A stretch of 62,955 nucleotides of DNA, the filler included, from Deltaproteobacteria bacterium (GTDB taxonomy: Bacteria > JAUYMQ01), in NCBI GenBank assembly GCA_030698575.1. It is 7 parts of 7 records of this genome, joined end to end, with 100 filler letters (N's around TTAATTAATTAA, not from the genome) between each part and the next. Parts side by side here need not be neighbours in the genome. Positions count along the whole stretch, not along the records: positions 42,510 to 46,846 come from JAUYMQ010000277.1; positions 46,947 to 60,014 come from JAUYMQ010000281.1; 5 more parts are not named here. The stretch is one strand, 5' to 3'. Shown here piece by piece: positions 42,510 to 52,190 of this stretch. A program made the position numbers and the translations under genes. Below the pieces are notes generated by a model. That model did no database searches and was not told the DNA's origin. It was given only the letters and a program-made list of their open reading frames with translations. Position 1 is the stretch's first letter. The number at the start of each line of letters is the position of its first letter.

Positions 42510-42993
42510 GCGTGGCTTCCTGCGTGGTGGCCTGCGCCGGGTACTGCGAGTACGGGCCGGAGCCGGGGCCGTAGCCTGTGTTGGACACCATGATGATGTC
42601 CGGCTTGAGCGTCTTCATGTTGGGGTAGTCCAGCCCCCAGCCCCGCATCACGCGCGGCGTGAAGCTATCCAGGAAGACGTCGCTCACCCTGATGAGGTCC
42701 CTGAGAACGTCCCGCCCCTCGGCCCGGCTCAAGTCCAGCACCAGCGACTTCTTGCCCCGGTTGATGAGGTTGAAGTTGGCGGTCCGGTTCCAGGGGTCCG
42801 CGCCCGGCTGATTGTCGGCGTGCACCCCCGCGAAGGGGCCATCGCGCGTGATGTCGAGCCGCCCCGGCCCCTCGATCTTGATGACCTCGGCGCCCAGATC
42901 CGCCATCAGACCACAGGCGTAGGGCACCGCAAACACATGACCGCAGTCGATGATCCGTGTCCCTTCGAGCGGCAACCTCGGCACGGGGCCCAC
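42510..42993 (-). CDS. family III (CaiB/BaiF) CoA-transferase, N-terminal part
   Basis: PLEGTRIID, ADLGAEVIKIE and NRGKKSLVLDL; cut by contig edge. Confidence 0.9.
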
Positions 42994-43054
42994 TTCCTTC
43001 CCACCCGCCGGATTGGTGATATGTGGTTCGCGGCGCGGTTCGCCGGCTGGCGCC

Positions 43055-44251
43055 TCAGATCACCCCAGCCTCCCGGAGCCTCGTGACGTCTTCCTCTGTG
43101 TAGCCGAGGACTTGCGCGTACACCTCGGCATTGTGCTGTCCGAGCAGCGGCGCGGGCCGGCGATACTGCGCAGGCGTCTCCGTCATGTTCCAGAGCCTGA
43201 AGGGGACCTTGATCTTGCCAATCACCGGATGCTCCACCTCTTGATAGAACTCCCTGGCCTCGAGCTGGGCACAGCGGGCCAGGTCAGCCGGGGTCTGGAC
43301 GATTCCGAAGAGCATGCGGTACTGCTCCGAAGCGGTCTTGAACATCTCGGCCATGGTGCGGTCCTTGGCCGCCTCGATGAGCAGCTCGTCCAGGGCTTGC
43401 CCGTTGATCACCCGCTGATTGACATCGGCGAAGCGCTCGTCCTTCAGCTCTTCCCGGCCATAGAACTCCGCCAGGGCGTCCCAGGAGGCGCCACCGCCCG
43501 CCTGGCTCACGATATACCCGTCCTTGCACGGCATCACGTTGCCGAACATGGTGCCCGCCGGCTGGCGCCGCCCCTGGACGCCGCCCGTCCAGCTGTAGAA
43601 CGGCTGGTTGATGACCATCGTCGAGGCCACCACTTCCTGGATCGACACGTCCACGTGCTGACCGGCACCCGTGACGTCGCGGAGCAAGAGGGTGAAGAGG
43701 GTGATCAGGGCGCCGTTGAGGCCGGCTTCGTACTGGGCCTGAACGCCGCCGTGTTTCAGCGGCTCACGGTCGGTGGTGCCGCTGATGCTCATGATCCCAC
43801 TCATGGCATAGGCGACGATCTCTTCCCCCTTGTAGTCACGGTACGGGCCGGTTTGGCCGAAGGGGGTGATGGAGGTCATCACGAGGCCGGGATTCTCGCG
43901 CTCGAGGGAGGCGTGATCGAGCCCCAGGGATGCCAGGTAGCCTGGGGGAAAGGTCTCCACCACGACGTCGGCGCGGCGGGCCAGCTCCTTGAAGATGTCG
44001 GCGCCCTGCGGCGTCTCCAGGTTGAGGGTGATGCCCCGCTTGTTCAAGTTCGTCAGCAGGAAGAACAGGCTCTTCTCCGGGTGGGCGTCGTCCATGAAGA
44101 AGGGGGGCATGCTCCGACCGCATTCCCCACCGGCAGGCTCCACCTTGATGACGTCCGCCCCGAAGTCGCCCAGCAGCTTCGCACAGAGGGGGCCGGCTAT
44201 CCCCTGACTGATGTCCAATACCCGAAGATCGTCCAAGGCTGAAGCAATCAC
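43055..44251 (-). CDS. family III CoA-transferase (BbsE-like, catalytic Asp apparently replaced)
   Basis: LRVLDISQGIAGP, GADVIKVEP, NKRGITLNL, ITPFGQTGPY and APLLGQHN; GTG start at 44251. Confidence 0.88.
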   Translation of the reverse strand: MIASALDDLRVLDISQGIAGPLCAKLLGDFGADVIKVEPAGGECGRSMPPFFMDDAHPEKSLFFLLTNLNKRGITLNLETPQGADIFKELARRADVVVETFPPGYLASLGLDHASLERENPGLVMTSITPFGQTGPYRDYKGEEIVAYAMSGIMSISGTTDREPLKHGGVQAQYEAGLNGALITLFTLLLRDVTGAGQHVDVSIQEVVASTMVINQPFYSWTGGVQGRRQPAGTMFGNVMPCKDGYIVSQAGGGASWDALAEFYGREELKDERFADVNQRVINGQALDELLIEAAKDRTMAEMFKTASEQYRMLFGIVQTPADLARCAQLEAREFYQEVEHPVIGKIKVPFRLWNMTETPAQYRRPAPLLGQHNAEVYAQVLGYTEEDVTRLREAGVI

Positions 44252-44268
44252 CGCGCGGCTGTCCCGGG

Positions 44269-45510
44269 CTACTCGGCGGCCTTCGCCGCCGTGATCGCGC
44301 GCCAGCCGGGGTCGAGCCCCACGGCGCCGCGCGCGGCCTGCTCCTCGATCGCCTCGTCCGTGTAGCCGAGCCGCGTCATCACCTCCGCCGTGTGCTGGCC
44401 CAGGCGCGGCGGATGCAGCGCGATGCGCCCCGGCGTCTCGCTGAACTTCAGCGGCAGCCCCGCCATCCGCATCGTCCCGAGCCCGGGCAGCTCGAGCTGC
44501 ACGACCATGTCGCGAGCCCGGACCTGCTCCTCGGCCACGGCCTTGTCGATCCGGTTGATGGGCGAGCATGGCACGCCCGCCGCCTTCAACCGCGCCTGCC
44601 AGTGGGCGACCGGGTGCGCGGCCATGAGCTCGCCGATCATGCCGACCAGGAGATCGCGGTTCTCGGCCCGCCGCACCGCGTCGCAGAAGCGCGGGTCATC
44701 GGCCCATCCCGGCCGCTCGAGCACGCCGCACAGGTCGCGCCACATTCGCTCGTTGAAGGCGGAGATGACGATCCAGTCGTCCGAGGCCCTGAAGGCCCGG
44801 TAGACCGGGCTGGTCAGAGCGCCGCTGCCGCTCGGCCCCGGCACCTCGCCGCTCGAGAAGAACTTCGTCAGGTGGTAGGACAGCATCGCCAGCTGGCCCT
44901 CGAGCAGCGAGGTCTCCACGCGCTGCCCTCGTCCGGTGCGGTGCCGCGCCTCGATCGCCATCAGGATGCCGATCGCTCCCAGCATCCCCGCGCCGAGGTC
45001 GGCGACCGACAGGCCCATCTTCACCGGGCCGCCGCCGACCTCCCCGGTGATGCTCATGCCGCCCGAGAAGGCCTGCATGAAGAGATCGTTCGCCGGCTCG
45101 CCGCTCTGCGGCCCGGTGGCGCCGAAGCCGCTGATCGAGCAGTAGATCAGCCGCGAGTTCATCGCCGACAGCGCGGCGTAGCCGAGCCCGGCGCGGGCCA
45201 GCGCGCCGACGCGGTAGTTGTCCACCACGACATCGGCCTCGCCGATCAGGCGACGGGCCACCTCGACGCCCTCGCCGCGCTTCAGGTCGAGGGCGACGCT
45301 CTGCTTGTTGCGGTTGGCGGCGGCGAAGTAGTGGCCGAGCGCGTCGTGGAAGAACGGAGGCCAGGCGCGGCTGTCGTCGCCGGTGCCGACGCGCTCGATC
45401 TTGACGACCTGCGCGCCATAGTCGGCGAGCATCATGGCGCAAAACGGGCCGGCCATGGCACCGCCGATCTCGACGACCTTGATGCCGTCGAGCGGGCCAC
45501 CGGCGTTCAC
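44269..45510 (-). CDS. family III CoA-transferase
   Basis: PLDGIKVVE, NRNKQSVALDLK, SISGFGATGP, GLSVADLGAG (catalytic Asp) and PPRLGQHT; GTG start at 45510. Confidence 0.92.
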   Translation of the reverse strand: MNAGGPLDGIKVVEIGGAMAGPFCAMMLADYGAQVVKIERVGTGDDSRAWPPFFHDALGHYFAAANRNKQSVALDLKRGEGVEVARRLIGEADVVVDNYRVGALARAGLGYAALSAMNSRLIYCSISGFGATGPQSGEPANDLFMQAFSGGMSITGEVGGGPVKMGLSVADLGAGMLGAIGILMAIEARHRTGRGQRVETSLLEGQLAMLSYHLTKFFSSGEVPGPSGSGALTSPVYRAFRASDDWIVISAFNERMWRDLCGVLERPGWADDPRFCDAVRRAENRDLLVGMIGELMAAHPVAHWQARLKAAGVPCSPINRIDKAVAEEQVRARDMVVQLELPGLGTMRMAGLPLKFSETPGRIALHPPRLGQHTAEVMTRLGYTDEAIEEQAARGAVGLDPGWRAITAAKAAE

Positions 45511-45905
45511 GCCCCCCTCTCGACGGGCGGCACCGCTTGTCTCAAACACCCCTCCCCTGGGCGGCGAGCCTTCCGCCGCGGCACCCATTCACGATGCGAG
45601 TGGCCTGCTCGTCGTCGGCGACCTTACCGCAACGTCCTGCCCAGTGCAAACCCGCAACGGGCTTGCCCGCGGCATTGGTCTACCGCAGCGGGAAGCCCAC
45701 CGCGTTCAGCGTGGCGCGCATGCTGTCGCGTCCGCGCAGGGACGCCACGCGGCCTCGACCCCGCCACCTCGACGGGACACCTGAGACGCGCCGGTAGCGC
45801 CCGAGACGCGCTTGAGGTTTCCTGCGCAAGCGCGTACCGTGGGCGGCGCGACGCGTTGGGGCCGGCTATCGAGCCGCGTCAAACAACCGAACGGGAGGGC
45901 GGCGC

Positions 45906-46673
45906 ATGACGACACGCGAAGCATTGCGGCAACAGGGCGAGGCCATGCGCGCCCGCCTCTTCGGACAGGATGCCGCCGCGCCCGACCGCGGCGATTCCGC
46001 CCCCGGCTTCCGCCAGCTCATGTCCGAGGCGGTGTATGCCGGAATCTGGAGCCGTCCCGGCTTGGCCCTTCCCGACCGCATGATCTGCACGCTCGCGGCG
46101 CTCGTGGCAGTGCAGCGCCTGCCTCAGCTCCGCCGGTATGTCGCGGCGGCGCTGAAGATCGGGCTCGAGCCGCGGACCATCCAAGAGATCCTGATTCAGG
46201 TCGGTATATACGCGGGGTTCTCGGCGTCGGAGGAAGCGCTCGAGATCGCCAGAGCCGTCTTCGCGGAGCGCGGGATCTCCATCCGCGCGAAGGAGGCGAG
46301 CGATGACTCGCTCGACACGCTCTCCGGGCGCGGCCGCGAACTGCTCCAGGAACTGCACGGCGATCGCGGCAACCAAGGCTATGCCTCGCCTGACAACCCG
46401 GTCACCGGCGCGCTCTACCCGCTCGCAATCCACTACGGCTATGGCGAGATCTGGTTCCGGCCCGGCCTCGACCGACGGCAACGGGTGCTCTGCGCGGTGG
46501 CGGGCTTCACCGCGCTGCGCCTGGAGGGCCAGGTGAAGAAATTCGGGCAGGCGGCCTTGAACGCCGGGCTCAGCCATTCAGAGGTGATCGAGGCGGTGAT
46601 TCAAACCGCGCCGTTCAGCGGCTTCGCGCCGGCCCTCAATGCGCTGGCGGCGCTGGGCGACGCACTTCGTTGA
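45906..46673 (+). CDS. carboxymuconolactone decarboxylase family protein, two tandem CMD domains
   Basis: YAGIWSRPGL...ILIQVGIYAGF and YGEIWFRPGLDRRQR...VIQTAPFSGF. Confidence 0.88.
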   Translation: MTTREALRQQGEAMRARLFGQDAAAPDRGDSAPGFRQLMSEAVYAGIWSRPGLALPDRMICTLAALVAVQRLPQLRRYVAAALKIGLEPRTIQEILIQVGIYAGFSASEEALEIARAVFAERGISIRAKEASDDSLDTLSGRGRELLQELHGDRGNQGYASPDNPVTGALYPLAIHYGYGEIWFRPGLDRRQRVLCAVAGFTALRLEGQVKKFGQAALNAGLSHSEVIEAVIQTAPFSGFAPALNALAALGDALR

Positions 46674-46717
46674 CGACGACCGCTGGGGGCGCGGCCAAAC
46701 AACGGCGATTTGAGAAT

Positions 46718-46792
46718 TGGCTCCCCGAGTAGGACTCGAACCTACAACCCTCCGGTTAACAGCCGGATGCTCTACCATTGAGCTATCGGGGA
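46718..46792 (-). tRNA. tRNA-Asn (GTT)
   Basis: Minus strand TCCCCGATAGCTCAATGGTAGAGCATCCGGCT-GTT-AACCGGAGGGTTGTAGGTTCGAGTCCTACTCGGGGAGCCA; cloverleaf with encoded CCA. Confidence 0.97.
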
Positions 46793-46846
46793 ATGCCGAA
46801 CCGCGGGGCGCCGGAGCCTCTTTTTTGTAACACAGGCCTCGTCAAT

Positions 46847-46946
46847 NNNNNNNNNNNNNNNNNNNNNNNNNNNNNNNNNNNNNNNNNNNNTTAATTAATT
46901 AANNNNNNNNNNNNNNNNNNNNNNNNNNNNNNNNNNNNNNNNNNNN
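46847..46946. other. artificial contig spacer
   Basis: N-run + TTAATTAATTAA + N-run. Confidence 0.98.
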
Positions 46947-47023
46947 AAGACATAGCCTCCGGTCCAAACGAGGAGTCCAAACCTGGTGGGTGACCACCAG
47001 TCCTCGGAGGAGAGCCAAAAGTC

Positions 47024-48673
47024 ATGGGCACGCGTCTTGAAAAGCTCCTCAGTGAATTCGAAACCCTGAAGCGCCGGTACGAGATTACCAAAGATCAGCT
47101 CTACGAGGCTGAGAAGCAGAACGAGAAGCTCGTAGCGGCTCTTCAGGACGCCAAGACGCAGATCGACGCTCTGAAAGAAGAGGTCGACAAGCTCTGCGCC
47201 CCTCCGAACACCTACGGCGTTTTCCAGCGGGCCAACAAGGACAACACCGTCGAGATCCTGGTCGACGGCCGGCAGATGCGCGTGAACGCGCATCCGCGCG
47301 TGGACATTCCCATCCTCCAGGAAGGCCAGCAGGTCGTCCTGAACGAGGCCTTCAACGTTATCGAGGCCTGTGACTACGAGACCCGCGGCGAGGTCGTCAC
47401 GATCAAGGAAGATCTCGGCGATGGTCGCGCGGTGGTTCTCGGGCGCGCCGACGAGGAGCGCGTGGTCTCCTTCTCGGGTCCTATGCGGCGCCAGAAGCTG
47501 GAAGTCGGCGATCCGCTCCTGATCAATCCCAGGACGGGCATAGCCACCGAGAAGCTGCCGAAGTCGCAGGTCGAGGAAGTCGTACTCGAAGAGGTTCCCA
47601 ACATCGAGTACAGCGACATCGGCGGACTCAGCGCCCAGATCGAGACGCTCCGCGACGCCATCGAGCTTCCCTACCTCTATGCCGACGAATTCCGGAAGCA
47701 CAAGCTCAATCCGCCGAAGGGCATCCTTCTGTACGGCCCGCCGGGGTGCGGCAAGACGCTCATTGCGAAGGCGGTGGCCCACAACCTCGCCAAGCGTATC
47801 GAGGAGCGGAGCGGCAAGGAAACACGGAGCTACTTCCTCAACGTGAAGGGGCCCGAACTGCTCAACAAGTACGTGGGCGAGACGGAACACAAGATCCGCG
47901 AGGTCTTCAAGAAGGCGCGGGAGAAGGCCGAGCAGGACATGCCCGTCGTGCTGTTCTTCGATGAGATGGATTCGCTCTTCCGGCTTCGTGGATCCGGGAT
48001 TTCCTCGGACATGGAAGCCACCGTGGTCGCGCAGTTCCTTTCGGAGATCGACGGCGTCGAATCGCTGAGAAACGTGATCGTCATCGGCGCTTCGAACCGT
48101 CAGGACCTGATCGATCCCGCCGTGCTTCGGCCGGGCCGGCTCGATCTGAAGATCAAGGTTGCCCGCCCGGGTGAGGCCGGTGCGACGGAGATCTTCTCGA
48201 AGTACCTCACGCCCGATCTTCCGTTCCATGAGGACGATCTGGCTGCCTACGGCGGCGATCCGAAGAAGCTCGTTGAAGAGAAGATCGTCCAGATCGTCTC
48301 GGAGATGTATGCCACGAGCGAGGAGAACAAGTTCCTCGAGGTGACTTACGCCAAGGGCGATCGCGAGGTGTTCTACTTCAAGGACTTCTCGAGCGGCGCG
48401 ATGATCGAGAACATCGTGGCCAGGGCGAAGAAGATGGCCGTGAAGCGGTACATCACGATCGGTGAACGGGGGATAAAGTTCACCGATCTCGAGCAGGCGG
48501 TCCGCGACGAGTACAAGGAGAACGAGGATCTGCCGAACACGACGAACCCCGACGACTGGGCCCGGATCTCCGGCGCCAAGGGAGAGCGGATCGTCAACGT
48601 GCGGACGCTCATCAGTGGCATCAGCCGGAACGAGAAGACCATCGAGAACGTCACGGCCGGCCAGTACCTGTAA
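47024..48673 (+). CDS. arc: proteasome-associated AAA+ ATPase ARC/Mpa
   Basis: N-terminal coiled coil ending APPNTYG, OB region, Walker A GPPGCGKT, Walker [27 protein letters not shown] and C-terminal GQYL proteasome-docking motif. Confidence 0.96.
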   Translation: MGTRLEKLLSEFETLKRRYEITKDQLYEAEKQNEKLVAALQDAKTQIDALKEEVDKLCAPPNTYGVFQRANKDNTVEILVDGRQMRVNAHPRVDIPILQEGQQVVLNEAFNVIEACDYETRGEVVTIKEDLGDGRAVVLGRADEERVVSFSGPMRRQKLEVGDPLLINPRTGIATEKLPKSQVEEVVLEEVPNIEYSDIGGLSAQIETLRDAIELPYLYADEFRKHKLNPPKGILLYGPPGCGKTLIAKAVAHNLAKRIEERSGKETRSYFLNVKGPELLNKYVGETEHKIREVFKKAREKAEQDMPVVLFFDEMDSLFRLRGSGISSDMEATVVAQFLSEIDGVESLRNVIVIGASNRQDLIDPAVLRPGRLDLKIKVARPGEAGATEIFSKYLTPDLPFHEDDLAAYGGDPKKLVEEKIVQIVSEMYATSEENKFLEVTYAKGDREVFYFKDFSSGAMIENIVARAKKMAVKRYITIGERGIKFTDLEQAVRDEYKENEDLPNTTNPDDWARISGAKGERIVNVRTLISGISRNEKTIENVTAGQYL

Positions 48674-48860
48674 TTACTGTAAAATCGAGCCCGGGCGGGT
48701 GGTCTTCCGCCCGGGCCGTTTGTCCAGAAGGAGGGGACGGACAGCAGACCGACAGACCGCTACCCGTATCCGGCCGCATGGTTTATAAGGGTAAGAGTGT
48801 GGGAAAGCAGTTCCCTGGAGCGAAAGAGTCCCAGAATCGGCAGGCATCACAGGAGCGAGC

Positions 48861-50348
48861 ATGGCGGTCAAGAAGGTAATGGGCACCGAGGTCGAATACG
48901 GGATCACAGTCGTCAACGACCGCGACTTCGATCCGATCTCGAGCTGCGTTCTTCTCGTAAACGCCTATCGCGACAAGACCGATGCGAAGATTCTCTGGGA
49001 CTATGACCAGGAGAATCCTCTCGCCGACGCCCGGGGCTTCCAGGCCGACGGCGAGAAGTACACGCCGAACCAGCAGGAGAACATCACCCGCAACAAGACG
49101 CTGGTGAACGGCGCCCGCTACTACGTCGATCACGCCCATCCGGAATACTCGACGCCCGAGTGCACGAACGTCCTCGATCTCGTCAAGCACGAGAAGGCCG
49201 GCGAGCTCATCCTCGAGCGAAGCCGCATCGAGGCCAACGCGCTCGTGCCTGATCGCTGCCAGATCCTCGTCTACAAGAACAACAGCGACAGGAAAGGGAA
49301 CAGCTACGGCTGCCACGAAAACTTCCTGATGGATCGGCGGACTTCCTTCAAGCAGATCATCGAGAAGTTCATCCCGTTCCTCGTGAGCCGGCAGGTCTAC
49401 ACGGGCGCGGGAAAGGTGGGATCGGAGAACCGGGCCGGCGCCGTCGACTACCAGATCAGCCAGCGATCGGACTTCTTCGAGACCGAGGTGGCCCTCGACA
49501 CCATGGTCAAGCGGCCGATCATCAACACCCGTGACGAGCCGCACGCCGATCGCGAAAAATACCGGCGACTGCATGTCATCGTGGCCGATTCGAACATGGC
49601 CGAGCCGACGATCTACCTGAAGAGCGGCGTGACTGCGATCATTCTGTCGATGATCGAGGACGGCGCCATCCAGACCGACCTCGTGATAAGAGACCCGGTC
49701 AAGGCCATGAAGGAGATCTCGCACGACACCTCCTGCACGAAGAAGGTCCAGCTCGACAACGGGAAGAAGCTTACCGCGATCGAGCTCCAGGAGGAGTACC
49801 TGGATCTGGCGCACAAGTACTTCGCCACCCGGGAAGCCGACGCGGTCACACGGGACGTGATCGTCCGCTGGGAGTCCGTCCTCAAGCGGCTGAAAGAAGA
49901 TCCCGATCAGCTCGGCAGGGAGATCGACTGGGTGATCAAGAAGCAGTTGATTCAGGCCTTCATGAACCGCAAGAACTATACATGGGACAGTCCACGGGTC
50001 GGGATGATCGATCTGCAGTACCACGACATCCGGCCGGAAAAGGGGCTGTATCATCTTCTCGTGAGGCAGGAGAAGGTCGATCGCATCGTCTCCGATCAGG
50101 ACATCGAGGACGCGGTCTACAACCCGCCGGAGGATACGCGAGCATACTTCCGGGGGATGTGCCTCAAGCGGTATGGCTCGGCGATCTTTGGTGTAAACTG
50201 GGACTCGATTTCCTTCAACCTCAAGGATCAGCCCATCAAGCGCATCCTGATGGCCGAGCCGCTGAAGGGGACGAAGGAGCACGTTCAGGAACTTCTCGAT
50301 AGGTCGACGAGCACCGAAGAGCTCGTTGCGAACCTCACCGCCGAGTGA
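48861..50348 (+). CDS. dop: Pup deamidase/depupylase Dop
   Basis: GTEVEYGI, WDYDQENPLADARGF (Dop loop), NGARYYVDHAHPEYSTPE, RPIINTRDEPHAD and PPEDTRAYFRG. Confidence 0.94.
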   Translation: MAVKKVMGTEVEYGITVVNDRDFDPISSCVLLVNAYRDKTDAKILWDYDQENPLADARGFQADGEKYTPNQQENITRNKTLVNGARYYVDHAHPEYSTPECTNVLDLVKHEKAGELILERSRIEANALVPDRCQILVYKNNSDRKGNSYGCHENFLMDRRTSFKQIIEKFIPFLVSRQVYTGAGKVGSENRAGAVDYQISQRSDFFETEVALDTMVKRPIINTRDEPHADREKYRRLHVIVADSNMAEPTIYLKSGVTAIILSMIEDGAIQTDLVIRDPVKAMKEISHDTSCTKKVQLDNGKKLTAIELQEEYLDLAHKYFATREADAVTRDVIVRWESVLKRLKEDPDQLGREIDWVIKKQLIQAFMNRKNYTWDSPRVGMIDLQYHDIRPEKGLYHLLVRQEKVDRIVSDQDIEDAVYNPPEDTRAYFRGMCLKRYGSAIFGVNWDSISFNLKDQPIKRILMAEPLKGTKEHVQELLDRSTSTEELVANLTAE

Positions 50349-50420
50349 CGGCGGCCCCGGGAGGCTCCTGAGGGCCGGCGTGCGCCGGCCCGGGAAAGGC
50401 AGCACCGAAGGAGGAGCAAC

Positions 50421-50684
50421 ATGAAGATCCACGCAATCCTCGGTCGCGACCCTGACAGCCAGGGCTTGCTCCAGGTTACCCGCGCTGCGGATCAGACCCA
50501 GTCGCGGAAGACCCAGGACAAGGAATCGGGAAAGTCCAAGGAGACCCGGGAAGCCAAGGACCTCTCGGAACGCGGCAAGAAGCTAAAAGAAGACATGGAC
50601 GAGCTCGTCGACGAAATCGACGAAGTCCTGGAGGAGAACGCTGAGGAGTTCGTGAAGAACTACATTCAGCGGGGAGGGGAGTAA
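50421..50684 (+). CDS. pup: prokaryotic ubiquitin-like protein Pup (C-terminal GGE)
   Basis: DELVDEIDEVLEENAEEFVKNYIQRGGE; AAGGAGGAG RBS; between dop and prcB. Confidence 0.95.
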   Translation: MKIHAILGRDPDSQGLLQVTRAADQTQSRKTQDKESGKSKETREAKDLSERGKKLKEDMDELVDEIDEVLEENAEEFVKNYIQRGGE

Positions 50685-50685
50685 A

Positions 50686-51489
50686 TTGTTCTTCGGGAAA
50701 GGCCGTTATGATGGCTCTTCCTTCATCGAGCTTTTGAGGACCGAGTGCGAGCATCTGACGCCTCGCCTCGACATCGCGGCCGACAACGACGGCCGGCTTG
50801 CCAGCGGCATTCCGCATGGCACCACCGTCGTCGCCCTTCGCTATGCCGACGGGGCCGTGATTGCGGGCGACCGCCTGGCGACTGAGGGTTATCAGGTCGC
50901 GATGCGCAGCATCGAGAAGGTCTTCAAGACCGATGAACATTCGGCGATGGCGATCGCGGGCGCCGCCGGGCCCTGCATCGATATGGCGCGACTGTTCCGG
51001 ATCGAGCTGGAGCACTACGAGAAGATCGAGGGCGTCGAGCTCGACCTCGAAGGGAAGGCCAACAAGCTGGGACAGATGATCCGGCAGAACCTCCCCATGG
51101 CCATGCAGGGGCTGGTGGTCGTGCCGATCTTCACCGGCTTCGATCTCAAGCTCTCGAAGGGGCGTATTTACAAATACGACGTGACCGGCGGCCACTACGA
51201 GGAAACCGACTATTACGCGATCGGCTCCGGCGGAAAGGATGCCCGCAGTTCCTTCAAGAAGACCTACCGGACCAACGCCTCCGAGGAGGAGGCGCTCCGG
51301 ATGGTTCTCGAGGCGCTCTTTGACGCCGCCGACGAGGACCGGGGCACGGGCGGCGTCGACTCGGTCCGCGGCATCTACCCGACGGCGAAGACCGTGACCA
51401 GCAAAGGCATTATCGACATCCCCGAGGATCGGATCCGGGCCCTGTACGAAGGCGTTCTGGCGAATCGGCGCGCGGTGGAGGCTGCCTGA
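50686..51489 (+). CDS. prcB: 20S proteasome beta subunit
   Basis: 45-aa propeptide (SSFIELL...PHG) then catalytic TTVVAL at 50821; AGDRLAT, EGKANKL and IGSGG. Confidence 0.95.
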   Translation: MFFGKGRYDGSSFIELLRTECEHLTPRLDIAADNDGRLASGIPHGTTVVALRYADGAVIAGDRLATEGYQVAMRSIEKVFKTDEHSAMAIAGAAGPCIDMARLFRIELEHYEKIEGVELDLEGKANKLGQMIRQNLPMAMQGLVVVPIFTGFDLKLSKGRIYKYDVTGGHYEETDYYAIGSGGKDARSSFKKTYRTNASEEEALRMVLEALFDAADEDRGTGGVDSVRGIYPTAKTVTSKGIIDIPEDRIRALYEGVLANRRAVEAA

Positions 51490-52187
51490 TGGCGATGCCC
51501 TTCTACGTTTCGCCCGAACAGATGATGCAGGACAAGGCCGAGTATGCCCGCAAGGGCATAGCCCGGGGGAAGTCCATCGTCGCGATCGAGTACCAGGACG
51601 GAATCGCACTGGTGGCCGAAAACCCCAGCCGCAGCCTTTCGAAGCTCTCCGAGATATATGACAAGATCGCATTTGCCGGAGTCGGGAAGTACAGCGAGTT
51701 CGAGAACCTCCGCAAGGTCGGGATCCGCTACGCCGACGTGAAGGGGTACTCCTACAGCCGACACGACGTCACCGCCAAGTCTCTCGCGAACGCCTACTCC
51801 CAGGCCATCGGGCAGGTGTTCACGCAGGAGATGAAGCCGCTCGAAATCGAGATTCTCATTGTCGAGGCGGGCGATGAAGGCCATCCGAACGAGATGTATC
51901 ATCTTCTCTACGACGGAACGATCACCGACTACCGGCGATTCGTCGTGATGGGAGGCGCGAAGGAATCGGCGATGCAACTTCTCGAGGAGTCCTATCGCGA
52001 CAACCTGACGTTGACCCAGGCTGTTGATCTCTGCCAGAAGGCGCTCCTCAAGACGAACGGAAACAAGGAGCTGACGGCCGACACGATCGAGGTCGCGATA
52101 CTGAACCGAAAGCGAGGGGGCAGAAAGTTCCAGCGGCTCCAGGCCGCAGAGCTTCAAGCAATACTGGAGGAGGCGGGGAGCGCCTGA
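51489..52187 (+). CDS. prcA: 20S proteasome alpha subunit
   Basis: MPFYVSPEQMMQDKAEYARKGIARGKS, KLSEIYDKIAFA and YSYSRHDVT; start overlaps the prcB stop. Confidence 0.95.
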   Translation: MAMPFYVSPEQMMQDKAEYARKGIARGKSIVAIEYQDGIALVAENPSRSLSKLSEIYDKIAFAGVGKYSEFENLRKVGIRYADVKGYSYSRHDVTAKSLANAYSQAIGQVFTQEMKPLEIEILIVEAGDEGHPNEMYHLLYDGTITDYRRFVVMGGAKESAMQLLEESYRDNLTLTQAVDLCQKALLKTNGNKELTADTIEVAILNRKRGGRKFQRLQAAELQAILEEAGSA

Positions 52188-52190
52188 CCA

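Noticed and set aside
46674-46792. tRNA-Asn as an integration site
   Set aside because: No duplicated tRNA 3' end or integrase is visible in the window.
46792-47024. Linkage of tRNA/CoA-transferases to the proteasome operon, and of secY to secDF
   Set aside because: Separated by artificial spacers, so adjacency is not real.
48690-48716. GC hairpin after arc as a terminator
   Set aside because: The stem is present but the following T-tract is short and offset; it may be only a stabilising hairpin.
50421-50684. Calling the tag UBact
   Set aside because: It carries the Pup helix signature and ends QRGGE, matching Pup rather than the R[S/T]G[E/Q] end of UBact.
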